Program-made: the position numbers and the translations under genes | Shown here: in pieces, positions 1 to 9,635 of the stretch | How positions within the stretch are numbered: the first letter of the stretch is position 1 | Layout: each line of letters starts with the position of its first letter | Notes under the pieces: generated by a model | Told to the model about the DNA's origin: nothing | The model's input: only the letters and a program-made list of their open reading frames with translations | Databases searched by the model: none | Source: Bdellovibrionales bacterium | Lineage (GTDB): Bacteria > Bdellovibrionota > Bdellovibrionia > Bdellovibrionales > UBA1609 | DNA: 64,000 bases | NCBI GenBank assembly: GCA_965204055.1 | Contig: OZ241967.1 | Location: 834,144 to 898,143, forward strand | Reading direction: 5' to 3'

Positions 1-32
1 AAAGATTTATTTACGGACTACTATACACACCT

Positions 33-806
33 TTAAATTTGTAAATTTATTTTTTTAAAATAAGAGATAAGGGTTTCAGAGGATAATGTTTGCAAAAAAG
101 GCAGTTCTAAAAGCACAGGAGCTTTGGCGGAAATATCTTTTTTATTCAAGGGATGAGGGGGGCCGACCATGATTACTCCCATTACAGAAATTTTTTTTAC
201 CTTTAAAGCAGAAAGAGTGAGAAAGGTATGGTTAAGAGTTCCCAATCCGCTTCGGGCTACCACAATAACAGGGCAGTCCCATTTTTTCATTAAATTGGTC
301 ATGTCTTCTTTATCATTAAAAGGAACTAACGCGCCCCCCGCTCCCTCTATTACTAAACGAGTGGGGCCTTTCGGTAGTGTGATATTTTGGCTGTTGATAT
401 AAATATTTTCTATATTTCCTGCTTGATTTGGAGAGAGAGGGTTTTTAAGCGTGTAAGCAGAGGGATAAATATTTTTTACTGGGATAAATTGGCTAAGTAC
501 TTCATTGTCTGTTTTTGGTAGAATATGGTTATTTTCTTTTAGATCTGAAAGAGTTTCATTCTCCTTGTTTATTTTTGGCAAAATAGGGATTTTTAGATTG
601 GCTTTGTTTGTTTTTTTGTATTTAAGAGTTGAATGGGTAGTTCTATAAGAAGCTCCAGGAGGAGGCAAACTTTTCTCATCCTCCTTATAATGATAACCAG
701 CTTGAATGGGTTTCCAATAGTGGGCTGGCCAGGTTAAGCATAATCCTACCGAGACAATGGTTTTTCCTACATCAGTGTCTGTTCCTGTTATAAATATTTT
801 TTTCAT
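33..806 (-). CDS. bioD: dethiobiotin synthase
   Basis: N-terminal P-loop MKKIFITGTDTDVGKT and the EGAGGALVP motif. It is the last gene of a bioB-bioF-bioD string on the minus strand. It carries a ~60-aa K/N/P-rich insertion after WKPIQAG. Confidence 0.85.
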   Translation of the reverse strand: MKKIFITGTDTDVGKTIVSVGLCLTWPAHYWKPIQAGYHYKEDEKSLPPPGASYRTTHSTLKYKKTNKANLKIPILPKINKENETLSDLKENNHILPKTDNEVLSQFIPVKNIYPSAYTLKNPLSPNQAGNIENIYINSQNITLPKGPTRLVIEGAGGALVPFNDKEDMTNLMKKWDCPVIVVARSGLGTLNHTFLTLSALKVKKISVMGVIMVGPPHPLNKKDISAKAPVLLELPFLQTLSSETLISYFKKINLQI

Positions 807-846
807 TGTTTTTTTATCTGTGAAAGTTTTTTATCCCTAAAAACCT

Positions 847-1977
847 TTATTTTACAATTTGTTTTAAAATTCCAGTTAGTTGTTCTAACTGTTTCAAGGT
901 GTGGTTATAGTGAATGCAAATTCTAAGTCTTTCTTTTCCTCGTGGGACAGTGGGGTAGCGGATAGCTCTTATGTCATAGCCTGCTTTTTGCAATTTTTTT
1001 TCCATTTGTAAAGCAGAGTTTGTATGGCCTGTGATAATAGGAAAGATAGCACTTTCTGAGTCTCCTGTGTCAGCAAAGCCTTTAATTTTATCTCTAAAAA
1101 ATGTTACTTTTTTTTTTAACAATAACCGGCGGTTAGATTCTTTTTTTAAAGTGTTTAACACACATTGAATATGAAAAAGCAAAATAGGGGAGGGGGCTGT
1201 GGTGTAAATAAAAGCCCGGCATTTATTGATAAGATATTTTTTAAGAAGCATTGGTCCAGCTATAAAAGCCCCATTGCTGGCCAGAGCTTTTCCACAGGGA
1301 TGAACACTAATAATATGCTCTTTTTTTTTTAATGCTCCACAAAGGCCCACTCCTTTTGGGCCGTAAACACCTGTAGCATGCGCTTCATCCACTATGAGCA
1401 AAGCTTGGTATTTTAAAGCTAAATGAGATATTTCTTCCAGAGGTGCAAAGTCTCCATCCATACTAAAAAGGCTTTCTGTAATAATTACTTTTTTTTTATG
1501 TTTTTCTTTTTTTAACAGTTTTTCTAGCTTATTTATGTTTTTATGTGGATAAATATGACAGGGATTTTTACTAAACTGGCAGGCATCAATTAAGCTTGCA
1601 TGATTAAGTTGATCCGAAAACAAAACAGAATTTTTACAAACTGTTCCGATAAGGCTTATATTAGCCAAATAGCCTGAACTAAAGAACAAAGCAGAAGGGC
1701 GGTTGATCCATTGTTGAAATTGCTTTTCTGTTTCTTCGTGCCAAGGAGTATTTCCTCTAATGAGCCTGGAAGCATTGGCACTTAAAGGGAGATTGTTTTT
1801 TAAAGCTTGCATAAGGGATTTTCTTATGCCGGCATGTTTAGAAAGAGAAAGATAATCGTTGGAGCTAAAATCTAAGCCAGAATCATGTTTTAATTTTCTT
1901 GTTAAATTTTGTTCTTTAAAATTTTTTAATTCGTTATCCCATTCAGAAAAAAAATAATTTTGCGGTTTCTTTTTCAT
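847..1977 (-). CDS. bioF: 8-amino-7-oxononanoate synthase (PLP-dependent)
   Basis: 376-aa class-II aminotransferase-like protein with DEAHATG and FSMDGD motifs and a candidate PLP-lysine in HPCGKALAS. It sits between bioB and bioD. Confidence 0.85.
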   Translation of the reverse strand: MKKKPQNYFFSEWDNELKNFKEQNLTRKLKHDSGLDFSSNDYLSLSKHAGIRKSLMQALKNNLPLSANASRLIRGNTPWHEETEKQFQQWINRPSALFFSSGYLANISLIGTVCKNSVLFSDQLNHASLIDACQFSKNPCHIYPHKNINKLEKLLKKEKHKKKVIITESLFSMDGDFAPLEEISHLALKYQALLIVDEAHATGVYGPKGVGLCGALKKKEHIISVHPCGKALASNGAFIAGPMLLKKYLINKCRAFIYTTAPSPILLFHIQCVLNTLKKESNRRLLLKKKVTFFRDKIKGFADTGDSESAIFPIITGHTNSALQMEKKLQKAGYDIRAIRYPTVPRGKERLRICIHYNHTLKQLEQLTGILKQIVK

Positions 1978-2084
1978 TAGTATTTTGCCTTTGTTTCATA
2001 CAACATCATTAGTTTTTTTATTTTTGTTGTGTGTAGTTTATAACAACTTAAATACATTCTTTTTAAAAATTTCTGAATTTTAGT

Positions 2085-3059
2085 CTATGCCAATTCTTTT
2101 TGAGGGGAGGCGGTAAAACCCCATCGCTTTAGTAGTTTTTGATCGGTTGACAAATCAGGATTAGAAGAAGTAAGAAGTTTTTCTCCAATAAAAATAGAAT
2201 TGGCTCCGGCAAAAAAACAAAGAAACTGATCAGATTCTGACATACCTGTTCTACCTGCACTAAGGCGAATCATAGATCGAGGCATAATAATGCGGGCTGT
2301 GGCAATAACACGCACTACCTCTATAGTAGATATAGGCTTTTGTTTTTCCAAGGGAGTGCCAGGGATAGGGATTAATTTGTTAATCGTCACACTTTCTGGT
2401 TGAGGATCAAAAATCGCAAGTTGATGTAAAAACTCAATTCTATCCTGATCAGATTCTCCCATTCCCAATATGCCACCTGTGCAAACAGTAAGACCGGCCC
2501 CGCGCACATTGTGAATAGTTTGAATGCGATCTTGATATTTTCGGGTGGTGATAATGTTAGGATAAAAATTTTCGGAACAATCTATATTATGGTTATAAGC
2601 ATATAGCCCCGCCTGTTTAAGCCTTTTGGCTTGTGATTTTGTAAGCAAGCCCAAGGTGCAACATACCTCCATGTTAAGCTTTTGCACTTCAGAAACCATT
2701 TCTAAAACTCGATCAAATAAAGGGCCGTCTCTAACCTCTCGCCAGGCGGCTCCCATGCAAAAACGAGTGGCCCCTTTAGCTTTCGCAGACTTAGCAGAAG
2801 ACACCACTGTGTCTATGTCCATCAGTTTTTCTTTTTTTACATTAGTTTGATAATGAGCTGATTGAGGGCAGTAAGCGCAGTTTTCAGAACATCCCCCGGT
2901 TTTTATGGAAAGAAGCATACTGGTTTGCACTTTATTGGGGTTAAAGTGTTTTCGATGTATGGCGTGAGCTTTGTATAAAAGGTCGGTTACAGGAAGTTGA
3001 TAAATATTTTTTATTTCTTCCACAGAAAGGGGGGTAGGGGATAAGGACATAAGACACAC
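2085..3059 (-). CDS. bioB: biotin synthase (radical SAM)
   Basis: CxxxCxxC cluster motif in GGCSENCAYCPQ, plus YNHNIDCS and GGILGMGES motifs typical of BioB. Confidence 0.95.
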   Translation of the reverse strand: MCLMSLSPTPLSVEEIKNIYQLPVTDLLYKAHAIHRKHFNPNKVQTSMLLSIKTGGCSENCAYCPQSAHYQTNVKKEKLMDIDTVVSSAKSAKAKGATRFCMGAAWREVRDGPLFDRVLEMVSEVQKLNMEVCCTLGLLTKSQAKRLKQAGLYAYNHNIDCSENFYPNIITTRKYQDRIQTIHNVRGAGLTVCTGGILGMGESDQDRIEFLHQLAIFDPQPESVTINKLIPIPGTPLEKQKPISTIEVVRVIATARIIMPRSMIRLSAGRTGMSESDQFLCFFAGANSIFIGEKLLTSSNPDLSTDQKLLKRWGFTASPQKELA

Positions 3060-3327
3060 TCCTATTTAAAAGCAGTAAAGTATTTCATTAGGAGATGTCA
3101 AGTGAAAAACATATATCTTATCCCCTTTTTTACCCATAAGGAGTTTTGCTCAAGAGTCTGGTCCAAGAATCTTGCGCAGGAGTTTTGCTCAGGAGCGATT
3201 TAATAAGGTTTCTTTAGTCTAAGATGAGGGATTAGGAGCAAAAAACTCCAAAAATATATAAAAAATGGAGTTTTTGACTCCTATATTTTATTGCATTTTT
3301 CATTAAAATCTTTATACTATCAAGACT

Positions 3328-3635
3328 ATGTATCGCAGAAAATTCACTTCTCCTTCTGAGCAAAGTTATTTCCTGTTAGGTCCCAGAGGAACAGGAAAGT
3401 CCTTTTTTGTGAGGTGGATTTTATTCTCTATGGAGAAAGGGGAATAAAAGCGATTGAGGTTAAGCTGTCTGAAAGAATTAGGCCAGCAGACTGCAAAGGC
3501 CTCCTGGAATTTATGAAAGATTATCCTCAAGCTAAGTCTTTTTTGCTTTACACTGGCCAAAAAAGTTATATTTTAAACGATATTTTAGTTTTACCTGTCG
3601 AAAGATTTTTAAAAAAAATATCCGCTGTCTTATAA
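3328..3635 (+). pseudogene. remnant of an AAA+ ATPase (DUF4143-type) with internal deletion and frameshift
   Basis: The ATG at 3328 gives MYRRKFTSPSEQSYFLLGPRGTGKS (Walker A) and stops after ~39 codons. A second frame from 3414 encodes the family C-terminus VDFILYGERGIKAIEVKLSE...LLYTGQ. The ~300 aa normally lying between these two parts are absent. Confidence 0.6.
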
Positions 3636-3817
3636 AATAGTTTCACCAATTTGTGCTTGACATGAAAAATAAATAAAGGGAGTGTTACCCATTATGATTC
3701 GTAGGAATAGGGAAAAAATAGGGAGGGAATAGAAAACAAATATAAAGTAAGAGGATAACAATGAACTGCCGACTATTAAAAATAAACTGCAAAGAACATA
3801 ATAAATAAGAGGACATA

Positions 3818-4141
3818 ATGAACCGCCGACTATTAAAAATAAACCGGAATCTGCAAAAAATTCTGATGGAATATTTTTTGACAAAGAAAAAACATTCTTA
3901 CCCAGGTTTTATTTCTGTAAAAGAAACAGCGGTAGCGGGGGATATGAAATCGGCCAAAGTGTTTTTGTCGGTTATGAGCGAAAAAGATTACTCTGAACAG
4001 ATATATACTACCTTAGAGCAAGAAAGGTATTTTATTCAGAAGGCAGTCTCTCGTGCTTTGCGGGTAAAATTTTGCCCTCGTTTAAATTTTTTTGTAAACC
4101 ATGTTCCCTATACCTTAAGCCAAGTAGTAAAAGAAGAATAA
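3818..4141 (+). CDS. rbfA: ribosome-binding factor A
   Basis: 107 aa with the RbfA layout: N-terminal R..K.N..LQK, then ISVKETAVAGDMKSAKVFLSV, then a C-terminal LRVKFCPRLNFFVNH (cf. LR..PEL.F). Not in the usual nusA-infB context. Confidence 0.7.
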   Translation: MNRRLLKINRNLQKILMEYFLTKKKHSYPGFISVKETAVAGDMKSAKVFLSVMSEKDYSEQIYTTLEQERYFIQKAVSRALRVKFCPRLNFFVNHVPYTLSQVVKEE

Positions 4142-4365
4142 AAAATGAGTTTATTTTATAACCTTCTTTGATAAATTAGCTCATTTTTTCCTATTGCACT
4201 CATAATAAAAGTAGGTAATTTTTACACCTTTTTTTGAAATATCATTTACCAATAAGTTATATATATAAAAAATCAGTTTATTGTATAATTCTCTTTGACA
4301 AATTAAAAAATATTAAGCAGATGAAACTCATTATGTGTAATATATTTCTTCGAATTTCAAAACAG

Positions 4366-5145
4366 ATGAGTAAAGTTTTTCTTTTCGGTATTATGGTGTA
4401 TTCTTTTTCCTCTCGTGCTGATATGGTTGATGTTTGTCGCCAGGCCTTTAGAGTAACAGCCCCTTTTACAGTTAGAAAAAATGTAGTAAAGAGTCTGATG
4501 AAATTATCAAGACACGAAAGGTTGAAACCGATAGTGGAAGTTTTAAGTGGAGTAAATACTGTTAGCACAGATCACATAAAACCAGATATTGAGATTAGAA
4601 AAATTACAGATATAAAACCTATTACTCCAGAATTAGGTTATATTGGTCCCTTTTTTTCATATACAAACTTTTTTAAGATTGGCTTTTTGAAAGGAGAAAA
4701 AATTTTTCTAAAACCAATAGTTTTAAAAAGACACCTGTTGGAGCTTTCTGCCATTCGTCTCTTGGTTGAATTAGGAGTACCTGTTTTATTTAAAGGGGTT
4801 ACGCAGGCAGAGGATGGTACTCTCTACATGGTTAGTCACTTTCAAGAAGGTGTATTGGTGAAAGTTCAACAAAATCAAATTTTAGGTTTGTATAAAAACC
4901 ATAATGTTAGCTATGCTACTTACAATCAGTTAAATCAAATTAAAAAAATGTTTCTTGAAAATGGGATATTGCCTCTTGACTTTCAGTTTTTGATTTCAAA
5001 AGAAGGAGATATTTATCTTATTGATTTTGATCAATATATAATTTCTGGAAAAAGCAGTATCTTATATAGGATGTTTATGTATCAACTTACCCAAAAAATT
5101 TTTGAAAAAACAGAAGAAATGCTTAAAATAAGGCTTTGGGAGTAG
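4366..5145 (+). CDS. hypothetical secreted protein with faint protein-kinase-like motifs
   Basis: The ORF is open from a TTG at 4234. I prefer the ATG at 4366 because MSKVFLFGIMVYSFSSRA looks like a signal peptide. Kinase-like landmarks are GEKIFLKP, a hinge-like YMVSHFQEG, and ILPLDFQFLISKEGDIYLIDFD. Function is uncertain. Confidence 0.45.
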   Translation: MSKVFLFGIMVYSFSSRADMVDVCRQAFRVTAPFTVRKNVVKSLMKLSRHERLKPIVEVLSGVNTVSTDHIKPDIEIRKITDIKPITPELGYIGPFFSYTNFFKIGFLKGEKIFLKPIVLKRHLLELSAIRLLVELGVPVLFKGVTQAEDGTLYMVSHFQEGVLVKVQQNQILGLYKNHNVSYATYNQLNQIKKMFLENGILPLDFQFLISKEGDIYLIDFDQYIISGKSSILYRMFMYQLTQKIFEKTEEMLKIRLWE

Positions 5146-5247
5146 TGTTACAATTATTTTGAGCAGTAAGTGAATAATAGTTTTTTATTTGCTTGAAAGA
5201 TAACTCAAAAAGGGACGAGATTAATAATTAAATTTTGTTCCATAATC

Positions 5248-7902
5248 TTAATCTGGCTTAAAAATCCTGTTCAAAGCGTTTCGCCATTTATCCTGTAGAA
5301 TGAGATCAAAGGTCATTTTTTGATCCTGTATTTCAATGGTTCCGGCATCTATGGATTTATGGGAATATTCTGTAAAAAGCTCAAAGAGCTTTTTCTTGTA
5401 TTCTGTGTCGGGGTTTCCCATAAGATGCTGTCCCTTTGTTTCCAGAATGGAGAAAGAGGCATTGCCAGTTTTAGATGACTCGACACAAACCAAAAAATCA
5501 GGATAGATTTTATTTTTTTGCCAGCCTTGCAAATGCCAGTCTTGCCTTTCAATAATCCTATGCCACCATTTTATGGCTGAATCCTCATCTAAATACCAAG
5601 CCACTTTTTTTTCTAAATCATTAAACTTAAATTTCTCAGTCCAAATATTTTCAAACAGGGATAGTTGCAAATTTTCGTTACTTTTCCTTCTCAATAATGT
5701 ATCTTCTCCTGATACGGAGAGATTTAAAGTTTTTGCCATTTCCCAATTCAAATCCGGATCTCCTGCGCTTACAAGTTTAAATATAATCTCATGGTTTTTC
5801 AGCTTCTCTCTGAAAATCTTTTCTGTTTTTTGGCTTATTTGATTTTGAAGATCATTTCTCAAACAATCCAGAATATGGAACCGGCTCAAATAAACTTTTT
5901 CCTTTCCGTACTTCCTCTTTAAAGAAGAGAGAGCTTTATCCACTATCTTACTTGCATCCCAAAGGTTAGGGATAATATCAGAGAGTCTTTGACACATAAA
6001 ACCAAAATCCATAGCAAAATCTTCAGGCACCTTTCCTTTTTCTCTTCCATGAAAAGAGGAAATCAGTTCTAACTGCTCTTTTATATCAACTTGTGTATGG
6101 GATATGTCCGGAACTTTTTCATTCAAATACGGATCTTGATTTAATTTCAGTTTTGACCAGTCAATAGGAAAAAGCAAATCTCTTTCATAGCTTAACTCTT
6201 TTAAGCTCTTCCCGTCTCTATGCAAAACTTTTGGCAAAAAGATTTTTAAACTCCTAAACGGCTTTCTTCTTCGGACAACAACTTCTCGAGTTAAAGGCTT
6301 ATCAATGCCTGAACTTTTTATATCTCCGGCTAAGCCATCCATTCCTTCGCCTTCCAATCCTTTTCGTATGCCTTCCACGGCTCCAGCTGTGTCCTGATCC
6401 ATACAAATCACATAACATTGATTTAAAGATTCTATACTGGTTTTTTTTGTTTCTGGCTGTCTTAAAACTCTTCCTATCATTTGCTCTATAGCCACAGGGG
6501 CTTTTGTCTTGGATAAAATGGTTAGAATATAGGCAAAAGGGCAGTCCCAGCCCTCTTTCAGAGCTTCTTTGGTTATAATATACCGGACCCTTGAATATTC
6601 AGATAGCAAATCTTCATTTTTTAGCTCGTCGTTTGTTGCGGATTTGACTTTTATCTCATCTGGATCTACGCTAAAATTATTTATAAGATATTCCCGAACA
6701 TCCTCTGCATGGATAAACTTCTTCTCTCTTTGATCTTTTCCTGTTCTTTCAACTCTTATTAACTGTATAGGGCGGACATAGCGGTTTCCTTTTTTTTGGA
6801 GCCTTTGCGTATCTTCTGATAGGCTTTCCAAGGTTTCATGGCCTTTGGCCAGAGCTTTTTTCCAGTCTTTGCTTTTTAAGTTGTAAATATTAATAGGAAG
6901 TTTGATCATTTCCTCTTTTTTTAACAACTCTCCTGAAACAGAAACCAAAACATTGCTGTGATGTTCTTTTTTATTAGGAGTGGCGGAAAGTTCCAAAATA
7001 AATCGGGGATTAAAATCCATTAAGACCCTCTTTGCTTTTTCTGTATAAGCCCGGTGGCCTTCATCAATGACAACTAAAGGTTGTATCAGCTTTAAAACAT
7101 TGCCTAAACTGTGTTTTAAGGGAATCTTTTTTAAGCCTCCGGCAAGGCTGGAGTCTATACAACTATAAGTGTCAAGATTGGGGCAGGTTTCAAGAAGTTT
7201 TTGATTGGTATGATAATCATCAATTTCCGGAAAAAAATAAGGAAATTTTCCAGAATCCCTGAATATTCTCAAGGTCTCCTTTGACTGCCTTCCAGCACTT
7301 TGAAGCATCAACAACATAATGCATAAAAAATTATCTGTGTCTTGAGGATGAAAGCTGTCGGTTTTTTGAAGGATTTTAACTTTTCGGGCGGAAGCACGAT
7401 CCAGAATTTGCCTGTAAAGGCTTTCTCGATTAGTAAGAGCTTTCAGAGTTTGTTTATAAATGGAATCGCTTGGAACTACCCATAACACAAAACCACTATT
7501 TCTTTCGAAAAAATCTGTATTGATTCTCTCAATACCTGAAGTGCCAAGCAGTGTTTTCCCTCCCCCTGTGGGAACTTTAAAGCATATATTTGGAACAGGG
7601 CGATCCATACCACTTAATCGATCTTTATGGGGGGCCGGGATCAGCTCTTTTTCTTTAGGAATAAATAAATCTTCTGTTTTAGGGATAATTTTTCTGGAAA
7701 TCAAAGGTAAAAAATTTTTTTCATTCAATTCATCCCATGCTCTTTTGCAAAAGTTAAAATCACCAGAAGTCCACGGGGAGGGCAACTGTCTTTTTTTTCT
7801 AATTCCCACCAAATCCAAAGCGTCTTGTTTTTTTTCCTTAAGAACCTTAAGGTAAGCGGACAGTTTGTCAAGAACAGCTTGTTGATAATCTTTTAACTCC
7901 AC
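5248..7902 (-). CDS. res: type III restriction enzyme, Res subunit
   Basis: SF2 helicase motifs (FKVPTGGGKT as motif I, VVIDEGHRA as motif II, SATP). C-terminal PD-(D/E)xK-like YPDFLV...ILETKG. Lies immediately downstream of mod on the same strand. Confidence 0.9.
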   Translation of the reverse strand: MELKDYQQAVLDKLSAYLKVLKEKKQDALDLVGIRKKRQLPSPWTSGDFNFCKRAWDELNEKNFLPLISRKIIPKTEDLFIPKEKELIPAPHKDRLSGMDRPVPNICFKVPTGGGKTLLGTSGIERINTDFFERNSGFVLWVVPSDSIYKQTLKALTNRESLYRQILDRASARKVKILQKTDSFHPQDTDNFLCIMLLMLQSAGRQSKETLRIFRDSGKFPYFFPEIDDYHTNQKLLETCPNLDTYSCIDSSLAGGLKKIPLKHSLGNVLKLIQPLVVIDEGHRAYTEKAKRVLMDFNPRFILELSATPNKKEHHSNVLVSVSGELLKKEEMIKLPINIYNLKSKDWKKALAKGHETLESLSEDTQRLQKKGNRYVRPIQLIRVERTGKDQREKKFIHAEDVREYLINNFSVDPDEIKVKSATNDELKNEDLLSEYSRVRYIITKEALKEGWDCPFAYILTILSKTKAPVAIEQMIGRVLRQPETKKTSIESLNQCYVICMDQDTAGAVEGIRKGLEGEGMDGLAGDIKSSGIDKPLTREVVVRRRKPFRSLKIFLPKVLHRDGKSLKELSYERDLLFPIDWSKLKLNQDPYLNEKVPDISHTQVDIKEQLELISSFHGREKGKVPEDFAMDFGFMCQRLSDIIPNLWDASKIVDKALSSLKRKYGKEKVYLSRFHILDCLRNDLQNQISQKTEKIFREKLKNHEIIFKLVSAGDPDLNWEMAKTLNLSVSGEDTLLRRKSNENLQLSLFENIWTEKFKFNDLEKKVAWYLDEDSAIKWWHRIIERQDWHLQGWQKNKIYPDFLVCVESSKTGNASFSILETKGQHLMGNPDTEYKKKLFELFTEYSHKSIDAGTIEIQDQKMTFDLILQDKWRNALNRIFKPD

Positions 7903-7964
7903 TTAAAAATCCCTTGATTTTTCATTCTGAGAAGAATAAAGGACAATTCCTTTTTAGTCATTCT

Positions 7965-9635
7965 CTAAACCCCTATAATTTTATGAATGGCAGTTGGAAG
8001 TTGGCAAAACTGAATATTGTAATCTTTTAATAGCTCTTTTTGTGTTATATAGCTTGCCGGAGCAAAAACCAAACTGATTTTTTTTGAACCTTTACTAAAG
8101 TTTTTTACTTTTTCCGCCAAATCTAAATGCAAAGCACTTTCCTTGCTTTTTAAAAATTCCAAATTGGATTTATAAACAAGATGAAACTTATAAATTTCTG
8201 TTTCACCAATAAACCATGATGGATTGGGTTTGGAAATCATATTGAGACTTTTTCCCGTCGCTGTGTAAAAGATATATTCCGCAAGTTGTTTGTATTCTGG
8301 AAGTTTGCCTAGCAACATATTTTCTGCGTTGATCTCATCTCCCAAGGAGCAATAAGTGAAAGAACCACCTAAGCCTTTCTTTAGCTTTTCATCTTTGGCT
8401 TTTGGTCTGCCCTTTATGACCCGGCGGATCCGCTCTGCTGTAATTTTGTCCGCATAATTCTCACACTCAATAAGGATGAATTTGCGGTGGCCTCCATCCT
8501 CTTTATTCAAGTTCAAGACAGCATGGGCTGTTGTGCCGGAACCGGCAAAGGAATCCAAGATAATGGCGTCTTTTCCACCTCCAATTTTAAACAAGCGAAA
8601 CAACAGGCTTGATGGCTTGCTGTTATCGAATTTTTTTCCGCCAAATATGTCTTTTTGCTCATTTGTAGCATCAGTTGTTGTCGCTAAATCATAAAAAATG
8701 GTTCGCTCTTTGATGATTTTTAGCTGTCCGTTCAACTCATCAAGATATTTAACCTCAAAAGGAGTCCATCGGCCACTTCGCTTTTCCCAGTGAATATGTT
8801 GCTTGTCCAAGTTTAAAGGCCGTGTCCGCCAATTCCCATCTTTGCCGTCAGGGGCTTTAGGGTAAAAATCCGCGCCGTCAGGAGCTTTAATAGGATAAAA
8901 CATTGTTGGTCGATCTTCACGATAAGCGTTTGACCCCCATTTTTCTAATTTTATAAATCGGCATTTTCTTTTATTTTTTTCTTTATTAAAAAAGCTCTCT
9001 TGAATCTCTGTTTTTCGAAAATTCATGCGATATTTTTCTGTTTTTCGATAACATAGAATATAATCATGCTCTCCGGCAAAATACTCACTGTCCTGCCCTC
9101 CCCCGGCTTTTTTTCTCCATATAATCACATTGATAAAATTCTCTTCTCCAAAAATTTCATTCATTATCATTCGCAAATGATGTTGCTCATTATCATCGCA
9201 ACTAATGAAAATCACTCCATCATCAGCAAGTAATTCTCTTAATAACTGTAGCCTGGGCCACATCATGCAAAGCCATTTATCATGTCTTTCCAAATCATCT
9301 ATTCCAATGCCGTTTTGTTTCAACCATTCCTTTATTATGGGGCTGTTCACCCTATCGTTGTATTTCCAGCCCTCATTTCCGGTATTATAGGGTGGATCGA
9401 TATAAATACATTTGACTTTCCCTGAATACCTGGGCAAAAGGGCCTTCAGGGCATGAAGGTTGTCCCCATAAATGATTAGATTGTCATCTAAACTTGATGC
9501 GTGCTGTTTCCCTTTGGGTTTTCCTCGTCCAGCCGGGGAGAGTGATTTTTTTTCATCTATTTTTAACGTTCGGAAAGGAACGCCTAAATGGTGCGAATAG
9601 ATGACAGACTTCCCTTTAAAATGTAGAAACGGCAT
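7965..9635 (-). CDS. mod: type III R-M DNA methyltransferase, Mod subunit (N6-adenine, beta class)
   Basis: Motif IV DPPYNTG precedes motif I FAGSGTTAHAV, with a central variable region between them. Gene order mod-res. Confidence 0.9.
   Translation of the reverse strand: MPFLHFKGKSVIYSHHLGVPFRTLKIDEKKSLSPAGRGKPKGKQHASSLDDNLIIYGDNLHALKALLPRYSGKVKCIYIDPPYNTGNEGWKYNDRVNSPIIKEWLKQNGIGIDDLERHDKWLCMMWPRLQLLRELLADDGVIFISCDDNEQHHLRMIMNEIFGEENFINVIIWRKKAGGGQDSEYFAGEHDYILCYRKTEKYRMNFRKTEIQESFFNKEKNKRKCRFIKLEKWGSNAYREDRPTMFYPIKAPDGADFYPKAPDGKDGNWRTRPLNLDKQHIHWEKRSGRWTPFEVKYLDELNGQLKIIKERTIFYDLATTTDATNEQKDIFGGKKFDNSKPSSLLFRLFKIGGGKDAIILDSFAGSGTTAHAVLNLNKEDGGHRKFILIECENYADKITAERIRRVIKGRPKAKDEKLKKGLGGSFTYCSLGDEINAENMLLGKLPEYKQLAEYIFYTATGKSLNMISKPNPSWFIGETEIYKFHLVYKSNLEFLKSKESALHLDLAEKVKNFSKGSKKISLVFAPASYITQKELLKDYNIQFCQLPTAIHKIIGV

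Noticed and set aside
3630-3884. 84-aa minus-strand ORF overlapping the rbfA start region.
   Set aside because: It is hydrophobic and low-complexity, and overlaps the rbfA RBS/start duplication on the opposite strand. No supporting signals.
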